Origin: a bacterium
GTDB lineage: Bacteria; JAMCPX01
Direction: 5' to 3'
Assembly: GCA_037439545.1 (NCBI GenBank)
Contig: JBBIVV010000001.1
Span: 32,001 to 96,000 of the forward strand
DNA: 64,000 bases
A program made the translations under genes and the position numbers. Positions within the stretch are counted from its first letter, which is position 1. Each line of letters starts with the position of its first letter. The notes below the pieces were generated by a model. The model had not been told where the DNA came from, ran no database searches, and worked only from the letters and a program-made list of their open reading frames with translations. Of the stretch, positions 9,944 through 19,683 are shown piece by piece.

Positions 9944-11782
9944 CTATCTTATTCTTATCAGGGCTTCTCCCGGGTTTACCGTATCGCCCTCGCTTATGTA
10001 TATTTCATATACGATTCCATCAATAGGCGTATGGATTTCATTTTCCATCTTCATTGCCTCCATAACCATGACTGTATCGCCCGCTATGAGCTTATCGCCT
10101 TTTTTAACCTTTATGGATGATACCTTTCCCGGTATCGTTGTCGTTACATCTCCGATCTCTGTTGCTTTCGGCCTTTCTGTCTTGATGGCTGCCTTCGGTA
10201 TCAATTCGCCTTCCTGTGAGGCAACGACCTGAACTAATGGTTCTACGAGTACCTCTTCGAGCTTACCATCGACATATACAAAGAACATTCTCGGGTTTTC
10301 GGTCCTCTGTCCGGAACCTGCAATTTTTATATTATACATTTCACCGTGCAGCTTGACGTTGAATTCACTGGGTGCAAGCCGTGCTATGTGTTTCTTTTCT
10401 TTATCAGTCTGCGGTTTTTCGAATTTCGGCATCAGGACCTTTAATTCACCTTTTTCCCTGAGGTCAAAAAATTCACCTGCAACCTGCGGGAAAAGGGCAT
10501 AGGAAAGCACATCCTCTTCCGATTTTGCTTTTCCCCCAATCTCATCCTTGAGCCTGCTAAATTCTGATTCAATGTAATCCGCAGGCCTGCGATCTATTAC
10601 CCTTTCATCGCCTATAGCAAGCTTTCTCAATTCCGGATTGACTTCGCCGGGAGGTTTGCCGTAAAGTCCTTTAAGATAATTCTTTATCTCATTGGTTATT
10701 ACCTTGTATCGTTCGCCGCTGATGACATTCAAGGTCGCCTGAGAGCCCACTATCTGGCTTGTGGGAGTTACGAGCGGAGGATAACCAAGGTCTTTCCTCA
10801 CCACAGGCACTTCATCAAGCACTTCATTTATCTTGTCGAGTGCGTTCTGCTCCTTTAACTGTGACGCAAGGTTGGACAGCATGCCCCCGGGGATCTGCCA
10901 TAAAAGTATCTTCGTATTTATGCCCGTATACTCGCTTTCAAAAGCAGCGTATTTCCTTTTTACCTCTCTGAAATAATCCGCAATGTCCGCGAGCAGTTCG
11001 AGTGATAGGCCTGTATCGGAATCAGTGTCTTTTAATGCCGCCACTATCGATTCTGTCGCGGCCTGGGATGTGCCTGATGCAAATGGCGAGATTGCCGTGT
11101 CGACGATGTCGACGCCCGCCTCGATGGCCTTTAAAATAGACATGGCTGCAAAGCCTGCGGTGTCGTGCGTGTGGAAGTGGAGCGGGACCTTTATGACCGA
11201 TTTAATCCTCCCAATGAGTTCAAAAGCCTCATAAGGTCTTATCAAACCTGCCATATCTTTTATGCAAACGCTGTCTACACCAAGGTCCTCAAGGGCTTTT
11301 GCATAATCGATAAAGTATTCTATGGTATGTACAGGGCTTGTCGTATAACTCAGGGCACCTTCGACGAACTTCCCGAACTGCTTCACAGCCTTTACCGATG
11401 AGCGTATATTCCTTATGTCATTCAGGGCATCGAAGGTCCTGAATATATCAATACCGTTTTCAGCGGACTTTTCTACGAACTTCCATACAATATCGTCGGA
11501 ATAATGCCTGTAACCGACGAGGTTCTGTCCCCGCAGGAGCATCTGAAGCTTCGTGTTCGGCAATGCTTTCTTGAGTTCCCTGAGCCTTTCCCATGGGTCT
11601 TCCCGCAGGAAGCGCATTGCTGTGTCGAATGTGGCGCCTCCCCATACTTCCATGGACCAAAATCCCACCCTGTCCATCTTATCGCATATCGGTAGCATGT
11701 CTTCTGTTTTTAATCGTGTCGCAATATGGGACTGATGTGCATCCCTTAGAGTTGTATCTGTAACATTTATTTTCTTTATCAC
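9944..11782 (-). CDS. pycB: Pyruvate carboxylase subunit B (carboxyltransferase plus biotin carrier; OadA-like)
   Basis: TLRDAHQS, WGGATFD, HFHTH, YPPLVTPTSQIVG, EAMKM biotin site; GTG start at 11782 behind an AGGAG SD. Confidence 0.92.
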   Translation of the reverse strand: MIKKINVTDTTLRDAHQSHIATRLKTEDMLPICDKMDRVGFWSMEVWGGATFDTAMRFLREDPWERLRELKKALPNTKLQMLLRGQNLVGYRHYSDDIVWKFVEKSAENGIDIFRTFDALNDIRNIRSSVKAVKQFGKFVEGALSYTTSPVHTIEYFIDYAKALEDLGVDSVCIKDMAGLIRPYEAFELIGRIKSVIKVPLHFHTHDTAGFAAMSILKAIEAGVDIVDTAISPFASGTSQAATESIVAALKDTDSDTGLSLELLADIADYFREVKRKYAAFESEYTGINTKILLWQIPGGMLSNLASQLKEQNALDKINEVLDEVPVVRKDLGYPPLVTPTSQIVGSQATLNVISGERYKVITNEIKNYLKGLYGKPPGEVNPELRKLAIGDERVIDRRPADYIESEFSRLKDEIGGKAKSEEDVLSYALFPQVAGEFFDLREKGELKVLMPKFEKPQTDKEKKHIARLAPSEFNVKLHGEMYNIKIAGSGQRTENPRMFFVYVDGKLEEVLVEPLVQVVASQEGELIPKAAIKTERPKATEIGDVTTTIPGKVSSIKVKKGDKLIAGDTVMVMEAMKMENEIHTPIDGIVYEIYISEGDTVNPGEALIRIR

Positions 11783-11795
11783 GATCTCTCCTCTT

Positions 11796-13214
11796 CTAAA
11801 TGCCCTCATGCATGGCTATGGCCGATGCAATAGCAATAACCATATCGCTGGGGTCGACTGTATTTGCATAATCCAGAAGGTCCGGATGCTCATTTATAAA
11901 TTCGGTATCAAAATAGCCCCTTTTAAAATCCTCGCTGTTTACGATCGCCTGCAGATAGAAAATATTTGTTTTGATACCTCTTATAACGAATTCATCGAGC
12001 GCTCTTCTCATCCTGTTGACTGCTTCTTCCCATGTCCCGCCGGTGACAGTTAATTTTGCTATCATCGGATCGTAGTAGTCAGGCACGACATAATCCTTGT
12101 AAACAGCTCCGTCTATTCTTACACCGATGCCGCCTGGAGAATAATAAGCCGTAATCCTGCCTCCGTTCGGCAGAAACGCGTTTTGCGGGTCCTCGGCTAT
12201 AAGCCTGCATTCGATTGCATTGCCGCGTATTTTTACGTCCTTTTGTTTTATACCCAGCTCCAACCCTGCAGCGACCTCTATCTGTTTCTTAACTATGTCG
12301 ATGCCCGTTATCGACTCTGTAACGGGATGCTCGACCTGCAGTCTCGTATTCATCTCCATGAAGTGGTACCGCATGCTGCTGTCGACAATAAATTCAATGG
12401 TGCCTGCATTCGTATAATTGACGAGTTTCGCAATTTTTACCGCAAGGTTTCCCAATTCCTTCCTTTTTTTATCACCGAGGAGCAATGAAGGAGCAATCTC
12501 TATCACCTTCTGGTGCCTCCTCTGTATGGAGCAATCCCTTTCACCGAGATGGATCACATTGCCGTGATGATCCGCGAGTATCTGCACCTCAATGTGATGA
12601 GGTTTTGTAATATATTTTTCGATAAAGATCTCAGGATTATTAAAGAATTTCTCAGCCTCTGACCTTGCAAGGCTATAGTACCGGATCAGTTCGTTTTCTG
12701 TTTTTGCAATCCGCAGACCTCTTCCACCGCCGCCTCCGGATGCTTTTATAATCACGGGGTAGCCTATTTTTTTGCCCCATTTTATTGCATCATCCTCGCT
12801 TTCTACCGGTCCATCGCTGCCGTCTACAACAGGGATGTTATGCTCTTTCATAAACTCTCTTGCCTTGAGTTTGTTCCCCATGAGTTCAATCACAGGGGAG
12901 GAGGGACCAATGAAAACAACGCCCCGCTTTTCGCACAACTCTGCCATCTTCGGGTTTTCCGATACAAAGCCATACCCCGGGTGTATGGCATCGGCCCCGA
13001 TCTTTTTTGCAATATCCACGATCCTATGGATATTGAGATAGGCTTCAATAGGCCCCGGTGTAACGAGATAAGCTTCGTCCGCTTTCTTTATATAAAGGGC
13101 TGTCGAGTCTTCTTCCGTATAAATGACAGCACTCCTTACATTCATCTCCTTGCATGCCCTTATTATTCTTGTCGCAATCTCGCCTCTGTTTGCTATGAGA
13201 ATTTTATTAAACAT
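11796..13214 (-). CDS. pycA: Biotin carboxylase (pyruvate carboxylase subunit A / AccC family)
   Basis: KILIANRGEIA, GGGGRG, ERDCSIQRRHQK, EMNTRLQVEHPVTE; adjacent to pycB. Confidence 0.92.
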   Translation of the reverse strand: MFNKILIANRGEIATRIIRACKEMNVRSAVIYTEEDSTALYIKKADEAYLVTPGPIEAYLNIHRIVDIAKKIGADAIHPGYGFVSENPKMAELCEKRGVVFIGPSSPVIELMGNKLKAREFMKEHNIPVVDGSDGPVESEDDAIKWGKKIGYPVIIKASGGGGGRGLRIAKTENELIRYYSLARSEAEKFFNNPEIFIEKYITKPHHIEVQILADHHGNVIHLGERDCSIQRRHQKVIEIAPSLLLGDKKRKELGNLAVKIAKLVNYTNAGTIEFIVDSSMRYHFMEMNTRLQVEHPVTESITGIDIVKKQIEVAAGLELGIKQKDVKIRGNAIECRLIAEDPQNAFLPNGGRITAYYSPGGIGVRIDGAVYKDYVVPDYYDPMIAKLTVTGGTWEEAVNRMRRALDEFVIRGIKTNIFYLQAIVNSEDFKRGYFDTEFINEHPDLLDYANTVDPSDMVIAIASAIAMHEGI

Positions 13215-13249
13215 TCCTTTTGCTCCAATTTATATATAATGCATGTATA

Positions 13250-13765
13250 TTAAATAAGTCCAAACATCAATTGAATGATAATCAGAGCAGTCTTGATAAT
13301 CTTATCGGGCAGTGAGCTTAAATCATTATTGCCCGGTGATTGATTTAAGACATCGATAAACCCGGGGTTATTGTACATTGACATTATTTTTTGTTTTGTT
13401 CCGTCCTGTGCAAAATGGCTGCGGAATTCGGCGTAATCCATAACCTCCTTGCTGTTCATCCATACGCCTTCACAGTTTCTGCACAGCATAAACACCACCA
13501 TATTTTTGAACAGGGGATCGTTATACTCTATGAGTTCCGTGCCGCATACGGGACAATGAAGTTCTTTCTTCGTAAGTACTGGCTTCCCCAGCAGCTCGCG
13601 GTCCACCTCAAGAAGGGTATCGGGTATTGTGGTGAACTGATAAAGCTCGTGGTGATCAAACCATACGCCGCCGCAGCCCGGACACTGGTCAACGGTAACA
13701 TAGTTGTTTTCATCCGTCTTAAGAGAACTGGATTTCATGTCTCCCTGGCAATTCGGACATTTCAT
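13250..13765 (-). CDS. Double zinc-ribbon (zf-TFIIB-like) protein
   Basis: CPNC..CPGCGGVWFD and CPVC..CRNCEGVW repeats. Confidence 0.85.
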   Translation of the reverse strand: MKCPNCQGDMKSSSLKTDENNYVTVDQCPGCGGVWFDHHELYQFTTIPDTLLEVDRELLGKPVLTKKELHCPVCGTELIEYNDPLFKNMVVFMLCRNCEGVWMNSKEVMDYAEFRSHFAQDGTKQKIMSMYNNPGFIDVLNQSPGNNDLSSLPDKIIKTALIIIQLMFGLI

Positions 13766-14379
13766 TTCTTTTTGAATGCCTTTTCCTCGCCCCTGGAGAG
13801 CCGTTTTATGTTTTCACGGTGTGTGAATAAGATGAATGCCGTCATAAATACTGCAAACCCTGTCATAATGCCCCGCACGGATGTACCATGAAATAAAATC
13901 AATGAGATGAACGGAAGGCTTATTGCTACCGTCAATGCACCGACAGACGAGACCCGTGTGATTAAAAATGCGGCCAGCCATACGACTATCAAGAGTAAGG
14001 CAAATAAGGGACTTAGTGCCAGAAACATTCCAAGACTCGTTGCAATGCCTTTGCCGCCTTTGAATTTAAGGAATGGAGTGAATACATGTCCTGCTACGGC
14101 AAGTACACCGGTAACAGCCATAAATAAATAAAGCTGTATCTGAGGCAACTCCTTGAAATAAAGCTTTATCAGGAGCACGGGTAAAAAGCCTTTCAGTGCA
14201 TCTATGACAAGTACAAACGCGCCCCAGCCTTTTCCCATGGCACGTGTGACATTCGTTGCGCCAATATTACCGCTTCCGACAGTTTTTATGTCTATACCCT
14301 TGGCTTTCGCAACAAGATAACCTGTCGGAAGTGAACCCATGAAAAACGCACCGATTAAAATAAGGATATAAAGGATCAT
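13762..14379 (-). CDS. plsY: Glycerol-3-phosphate acyltransferase PlsY
   Basis: GSGNIGATNVTR, DALKG, GHVF...FKGGKGIAT, HRENIKRL. Confidence 0.97.
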   Translation of the reverse strand: MILYILILIGAFFMGSLPTGYLVAKAKGIDIKTVGSGNIGATNVTRAMGKGWGAFVLVIDALKGFLPVLLIKLYFKELPQIQLYLFMAVTGVLAVAGHVFTPFLKFKGGKGIATSLGMFLALSPLFALLLIVVWLAAFLITRVSSVGALTVAISLPFISLILFHGTSVRGIMTGFAVFMTAFILFTHRENIKRLSRGEEKAFKKK

Positions 14380-14430
14380 AAAGCATAAATAACAGCTATT
14401 ATTCTATGCGTCAACTCTGACGGAGTTTAT

Positions 14431-14459
14431 TTGCTCTCGAGGGTTAATCATGCTATAAT
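14431..14459 (+). promoter_or_regulatory. Putative sigma70 promoter with extended -10
   Basis: TTGCTC-17nt-TATAAT preceded by TG, upstream of the 14510 ORF. Confidence 0.55.
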
Positions 14460-14509
14460 AATTACATGACAAGGTATCGACTATCTCTATTGTAAAGGAG
14501 GTTTATGCT

Positions 14510-15145
14510 ATGCCAACCAAATCCGCGCTGCAGGCTCTTTCGATTCTAAGGGATCCGTCCCAGTTCCAATGGTATGTGGTGCCTCTGCTGATCATCGTGA
14601 TTTACGTATACAATGCCGAGGTCGGGAAAAAGAACTGGAATCTGGTTTTTGCAGGGCTTGCCCTCTGGGGGATGGACTGGTTTAACGAGATCTGGAACGG
14701 ACTTGTCTTTCATTTTACTGACTATGCTCCGGTCTGGGGGACGCCTGGGAAATCGGCATTTGTAATTTTAATAGGACTTAACATCGAGATCTGCTTCATG
14801 TTTGCGATCATGGGTATTGCTTCTGCCTATGCACTCCCTGCAGATAAAAAAATGAGGATACTCGGAATACCAAACCGTATTTTCTTTGCTGTGGTATACA
14901 GCATACTGAGCGTGATTGTAGAGCTTTTATTGAACCGTGCGGGTGCGCTGACCTGGGATTACTCATGGTGGAATGCGGGAGAGCCCTGGCTTATCTTTTT
15001 GATTGGATATCTGCCTTTCTTTGTAGTGGCTTTTTGGGTGCATGACATGGAAAAAGTCAGAAATAAGGTAATAGCGGTAGGCTCTATACTCGGCTTTGAC
15101 CTTGCCTGTCTCGTTTTATTCGCCGGTGTCCTTAAGTGGATATAA
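14510..15145 (+). CDS. Hypothetical polytopic membrane protein
   Basis: AAGGAGGT SD; about six Trp/Gly-rich hydrophobic segments. Confidence 0.75.
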   Translation: MPTKSALQALSILRDPSQFQWYVVPLLIIVIYVYNAEVGKKNWNLVFAGLALWGMDWFNEIWNGLVFHFTDYAPVWGTPGKSAFVILIGLNIEICFMFAIMGIASAYALPADKKMRILGIPNRIFFAVVYSILSVIVELLLNRAGALTWDYSWWNAGEPWLIFLIGYLPFFVVAFWVHDMEKVRNKVIAVGSILGFDLACLVLFAGVLKWI

Positions 15146-15180
15146 AGCCCGGTGAATGTTCTCAATTTTGGAGGCGGTAA

Positions 15181-15981
15181 ATGCTCGTTCGTAAAGAGAA
15201 ACGAAAACTTGGCGAACTGCTTCAGGATGTCGATCTTCTGAATGAAGAACAGGTGAAGCAAGCACTGCGCGTGCAAAAAGAACAGGGAATAAAATTCGGC
15301 GATGCAGTCGTAAAACTCGGTTTTTTGAAAATAGACGACATTAACTGGGCATTATCGAATCAGTTAAACATTCCCTATATACCGGACCTGAAGGAAAAGG
15401 GTATTTTTGACCCTGCGAGTGTAGCTCTATTACCTTATGATTTTGCACAGAAGCATTGTGTTATCATACTGGGACAGATGTCCGGCACGGTAAATATTGT
15501 CATGGCTGATCCGTTAAACGACACGGTCATAGAATATGTGGCACATAGTACGGGTAAAAGCGTCAATGTTTCTATAAGCGATGAACAGGCGATACGGGAT
15601 ATGATTGAAGTACTTTACATGAACAGCGGTGTTGCCGCTGCAAGGCATCATGAAGAAGGCGATGTCTCACAGATAAAAGCAGAGATTAATACTGTGCTTA
15701 AAGAGATAGGTTCCGGGTTCGACGCAGAGGTATATAAAAACGCACTATGTATTTCTTTCAATGAAAGAGCAAAAAAAAATGTCAGTATCCAACTCATATA
15801 TAAGGACACTGAGACAGGTAAGTATTTCATAGACATCCTTATAGACAATTCTGTAGGCGTCTTATTTTCCAACAGGGACATAGAGGAACAGCATATAAAT
15901 GCGCTGTTGAAACTCAGCAGGTTACAGGGGCTTATCGTCATAAAGATTACAGAGAACCTAACCTTAGAAGCATTGGAATAG
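15181..15981 (+). CDS. Stand-alone GspE/PilB N-terminal (MshEN) domain protein without ATPase
   Basis: RKLGELL...EEQVKQALRVQ and KFGDAVVKLGFL...ALSNQ tandem motifs, MADP; no Walker A. Confidence 0.8.
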   Translation: MLVRKEKRKLGELLQDVDLLNEEQVKQALRVQKEQGIKFGDAVVKLGFLKIDDINWALSNQLNIPYIPDLKEKGIFDPASVALLPYDFAQKHCVIILGQMSGTVNIVMADPLNDTVIEYVAHSTGKSVNVSISDEQAIRDMIEVLYMNSGVAAARHHEEGDVSQIKAEINTVLKEIGSGFDAEVYKNALCISFNERAKKNVSIQLIYKDTETGKYFIDILIDNSVGVLFSNRDIEEQHINALLKLSRLQGLIVIKITENLTLEALE

Positions 15982-15985
15982 CGTT

Positions 15986-17191
15986 ATGGCAAAAATAGAC
16001 GGATTATTAAAATTACTGAAGGATAAGAAGGGGTCTGATCTTCACCTCGCGGTCGGTTCTCCTCCGACACTGCGCATCCACGGTGAACTCGAGAAAATGG
16101 AAGCAAGGGAAATCACACAATCGGATATGGAAGTCCTATTGTTTGAAATAATGGACAATGATAAAAAGGATCAATTCCTGAAGAATAAAGAGTATGATTT
16201 TGCGTATGAAGTAAAAGATATTGCACGGTTCAGGGTAAACGCCTTTTACCAGAGAAAGGGACTTGCGGCTGTTTTGAGGCTCATCCCGGCAATAATACCT
16301 AAATTTGAAGATCTCGATATGCCTGAGGTGATGAAGACTTTTTGTTTCTATGATAGGGGACTTGTGCTGGTCACAGGACCGACCGGCAGCGGAAAATCAA
16401 CGACGCTCGCTGCGCTCATTGATTTTATAAACAGGAACTCTTCAGCCCATGTCCTGACCCTGGAAGACCCTATAGAATTTGTGCATCAAAATGTCTCGTG
16501 TCTCGTAAACCAGAGACAGATCGGAGAGCATAGCCATACATTTGCGTCTGCACTGCGTTCAGCCTTGAGGGAGGATCCGGACGTTATCCTTGTCGGTGAA
16601 ATGAGGGACCTTGAGACAATATCTCTCGCAATTACGGCCGCAGAAACGGGGCACCTCGTCTTCGGTACACTCCATACATCGAGTGCGGCAAAAACCGTAG
16701 ACAGAATAATAGACGCTTTTCCGAAGGATCAGCAGGAACAAATAAGGACAATGCTCTCAGAATCGCTCAAGGCTGTCGTTGCTCAACAGCTTATAAAAAC
16801 GGTAGACGGAAAAGGCAGGGTTGCGGCATTGGAGATTATGGTCGTCACGCCTGCAATCTCAAACCTCATAAGGGAAGCAAAGACATTCCAGATACCCTCC
16901 ATTATTCAGATAGGCAAGAAAGACGGCATGCAGATAATGGATCAGGCAATACTGGATCTTCTAAAGCTTAAAAAAATATCGGCACATGAAGCATACGCAC
17001 ATGCCAATAACAAGTCCATGTTCGAACAATACATGGCGAAAGGTACCAATATTTACATGGCTTACGGTATAGAAACGGGCGCACAGGAAGTAGCACCCAA
17101 TAAAGATATTTCCGGTAAACTAAATAAAGACGCAAAATCTGCCAACAAGATTCAAGAAGCAAACATGCAGAAGGGCGTTACAAGCCGTTAA
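15986..17191 (+). CDS. pilT: Type IV pilus retraction ATPase PilT
   Basis: SDLHL, GPTGSGKSTT, LEDPIE, LREDPDVILVGEMRD, ETGHLVFGTLHT, AISNLIRE. Confidence 0.96.
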   Translation: MAKIDGLLKLLKDKKGSDLHLAVGSPPTLRIHGELEKMEAREITQSDMEVLLFEIMDNDKKDQFLKNKEYDFAYEVKDIARFRVNAFYQRKGLAAVLRLIPAIIPKFEDLDMPEVMKTFCFYDRGLVLVTGPTGSGKSTTLAALIDFINRNSSAHVLTLEDPIEFVHQNVSCLVNQRQIGEHSHTFASALRSALREDPDVILVGEMRDLETISLAITAAETGHLVFGTLHTSSAAKTVDRIIDAFPKDQQEQIRTMLSESLKAVVAQQLIKTVDGKGRVAALEIMVVTPAISNLIREAKTFQIPSIIQIGKKDGMQIMDQAILDLLKLKKISAHEAYAHANNKSMFEQYMAKGTNIYMAYGIETGAQEVAPNKDISGKLNKDAKSANKIQEANMQKGVTSR

Positions 17192-17291
17192 ATACAAACA
17201 TTTCAACACTTTTTGTCTATTTTTAAACATCTCGATATACTTTGAATATTCTTAGTCCTTAATTTACAAATAGTTAAAACTATTTTTTCAT

Positions 17292-17307
17292 TGGCACGTA
17301 TAATGCT
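17292..17307 (+). promoter_or_regulatory. Putative sigma54 (-24/-12) promoter
   Basis: TGGCACG-TATA-ATGCT; GG (17293-4) and GC (17305-6) at canonical spacing upstream of the HD-GYP gene. Confidence 0.55.
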
Positions 17308-17325
17308 ATTAATTTTAATATTACT

Positions 17326-18486
17326 ATGCCTATTTATGATGATTATAAAAATGAAAATATGAATAATGTGGTAAACAGGGCGTACAAGTTTGAGTCTAAT
17401 AAACTCCGGGACAATCAACGCGTGAAAACTGAGAACCAGAGATTGAAAGACAATATAAAAGTTCATGAAACAACAACTGAAGAAGAGCTGAAGAAAAAAG
17501 AGTCATATTTTCGCTCAATTATCGAAGATTCCCAGGATATCATTACCGTTTTGAACAATGACGGGACCATCCAATATGAGAGTCCTGCCATAGAACAGGT
17601 GCTTGGCTATAAACAGCAAGAACTAATAGGGAAAAATGTATTCGAATTTATTCACCCTGATGAGAGACAGAGAGTTATTGAAATCTTCATAGAAGGTATC
17701 AAAGAAGCCGGCCACACAGAGGTAATGGAGCTGCGCTTTAAACATAAAGACGACTCATGGCGTTTTCTTGAAGCCAAAGCCAAGAACCTGCTCGATAAAG
17801 ATGAAGTAACGGGTATTGCCATCAGTTCCAGGGACATCTCAGAACGTAAGAATTACGAGGACGAATTGCGTAAAAGAAACCATGAACTTAATTTACTGCA
17901 TGCAGACTTTGAAGAACTGTTTTTAGGGACTGTCAAAGTCTTGTCGAACGCACTCGATGCCAAATCAAAATGGACTGCCGGACATGCAGAGAGGGTCACG
18001 AAATATGCAGTCGCAATCGGGAAAGAAATGGGCCTTGAGGAAAAGTCATTGAAGGAACTTGAGATTGCAGGACTACTGCATGATATAGGAAAAATGGAGA
18101 CCTATATAGACCTTCTTGACAAGAAGGGAGAACTTACTGTCGAAGAAATAGAATTGATTCGGCATCATCCTGTCAAAGGCGCAGAAATACTTTCTCCTAT
18201 AAAACAATTGAAGGATGTTATTCTTGCCGTAAAAAACCACCATGAGTTTTATGACGGCACAGGTTACCCCGATGGTTTAAAAGGAGTAGAAATACCGTTT
18301 TATGCAAGGATTCTGACAGTTGCAGATTCAGTCGATGCAATGTCTTCGGACAGACCTTACAGGAAAAGCAAGGCAAAGAATGAAATCATTGCCGAGTTGA
18401 CCAGAGGATCGGGCAAACAGTTCGATCCTGAAATTGTTCAAGTTTTTTTACGGATCTACCCCGCGATTGGCTGGGACAATAAATAA
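17326..18486 (+). CDS. PAS domain HD-GYP cyclic-dinucleotide phosphodiesterase (start uncertain)
   Basis: PAS (ELIGKNVFEFIHPDE...RDISERK), HDIGK, HHEFYDGTGYPDGLKG, DRPYR. Confidence 0.92.
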   Translation: MPIYDDYKNENMNNVVNRAYKFESNKLRDNQRVKTENQRLKDNIKVHETTTEEELKKKESYFRSIIEDSQDIITVLNNDGTIQYESPAIEQVLGYKQQELIGKNVFEFIHPDERQRVIEIFIEGIKEAGHTEVMELRFKHKDDSWRFLEAKAKNLLDKDEVTGIAISSRDISERKNYEDELRKRNHELNLLHADFEELFLGTVKVLSNALDAKSKWTAGHAERVTKYAVAIGKEMGLEEKSLKELEIAGLLHDIGKMETYIDLLDKKGELTVEEIELIRHHPVKGAEILSPIKQLKDVILAVKNHHEFYDGTGYPDGLKGVEIPFYARILTVADSVDAMSSDRPYRKSKAKNEIIAELTRGSGKQFDPEIVQVFLRIYPAIGWDNK

Positions 18487-18506
18487 TGCATTCCTGTGAT
18501 TAATTG

Positions 18507-18542
18507 TTGACATCAGTAAAATATTATTTATAATCATTACAG
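18507..18542 (+). promoter_or_regulatory. Consensus sigma70 promoter overlapped by a PerR/Fur-type operator
   Basis: TTGACA-16nt-TATAAT; TTATAATCATTACAG matches TTATAATnATTATAA at 12 of 14 specified positions. Confidence 0.6.
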
Positions 18543-18592
18543 AAAGAATTCGCACTGCAAACAGCCGTGTTACTTTTAAAATGGAGGTTTGT

Positions 18593-19672
18593 ATGAGGCA
18601 TGTAAAATTGTTCATGTCGTTTATATTTTTGTTTATTCAGTCAGTTCTCATGATCAATGCGAATGCAGATGGATTATCAGGTTCAGCTTTCACAACTATC
18701 AATATTCATTCCCTTGGCCCGCAAAGAATCGGTGATTTACGGTCTGTGCCGGTTCCTGTCGGCAATCCGCAATCGCCGATGAAGATTGTGCTTGGGAAAC
18801 AGCTTTATTTTGATACGCGTCTGTCAAAGAACGACACGATAAGCTGTGCAACGTGTCATAGTCCGTTTATGGGCTGGTCTGATGCAGGACCGACAAGTAC
18901 AGGTATTCATGGTCAAAAAGGTCCTCGCAGGGCTCCACCTGTTTCAGATGCGGCTTACAGCTCTTTACAGTTCTGGGACGGCAGGGCAGCAAGCCTTGAA
19001 GAGCAGGCAGAAGGTCCTATGCAGAACCCTGTGGAGATGGGCAATACGCTCGATAATGTAGTTAAGACGCTGAACGGTATCCCCGGTTATGTAGAAGAAT
19101 TCAAACAGGTGTTTGGAGAAACTCCTATCACTATAGAGCAGGTCGTTAAAGCCATAGCAGCATTCGAACGTACTGTGGTGACAAGCGATTCCCCCTTTGA
19201 CAGGTATGTCAAGGGTGATGATAACGCCCTTACGGATGACGAGAAAGAGGGTCTTGAGATCTTCAACGGTAAGGCGCATTGCACGGCATGCCATTGGGGC
19301 GGTTATTTCAGCGACGGAAGGTTCCATAACCTCGGTACTGCACAGACCGGCCCGTTAAAAGTGGATGATGGAAGATATGCAATAACGCAAGATCAGGAAG
19401 ATAGGGGCGCATTTAAGACGCCCACTATACGGGATGCTGTCAGACGCCCGCCTTATATGCACGATGGGTCCGAGAAGACGCTTGAAGAGGTAGTGGAGTT
19501 CTACAACAAGGGCGGTGGAGACGATCCGAATCTTGACCCATTGATTGTACCGCTTGGACTCTCAAATGAAGAGAAAAAAGATCTTGTCTTGTTTATGGAA
19601 GCGGCACTCATAAGCCTTAACCCCGGGGTTGCCGGAGTAACGCCTATTCCGCCGTCCGTATTGCCTAAATAG
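18593..19672 (+). CDS. Di-heme cytochrome c peroxidase (bCcP/MauG family)
   Basis: Signal peptide, LGKQLYFDTRLS, CATCH, QFWDGRA, NPVEMG, CTACH, FKTPTIR, PPYMHDGS. Confidence 0.93.
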   Translation: MRHVKLFMSFIFLFIQSVLMINANADGLSGSAFTTINIHSLGPQRIGDLRSVPVPVGNPQSPMKIVLGKQLYFDTRLSKNDTISCATCHSPFMGWSDAGPTSTGIHGQKGPRRAPPVSDAAYSSLQFWDGRAASLEEQAEGPMQNPVEMGNTLDNVVKTLNGIPGYVEEFKQVFGETPITIEQVVKAIAAFERTVVTSDSPFDRYVKGDDNALTDDEKEGLEIFNGKAHCTACHWGGYFSDGRFHNLGTAQTGPLKVDDGRYAITQDQEDRGAFKTPTIRDAVRRPPYMHDGSEKTLEEVVEFYNKGGGDDPNLDPLIVPLGLSNEEKKDLVLFMEAALISLNPGVAGVTPIPPSVLPK

Positions 19673-19683
19673 AGGAGAACTCA

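Noticed and set aside
9944..11782. Na+-pumping oxaloacetate decarboxylase (oadA) call
   Set aside because: No oadB/oadG nearby and a biotin carboxylase is adjacent, which favours two-subunit pyruvate carboxylase.
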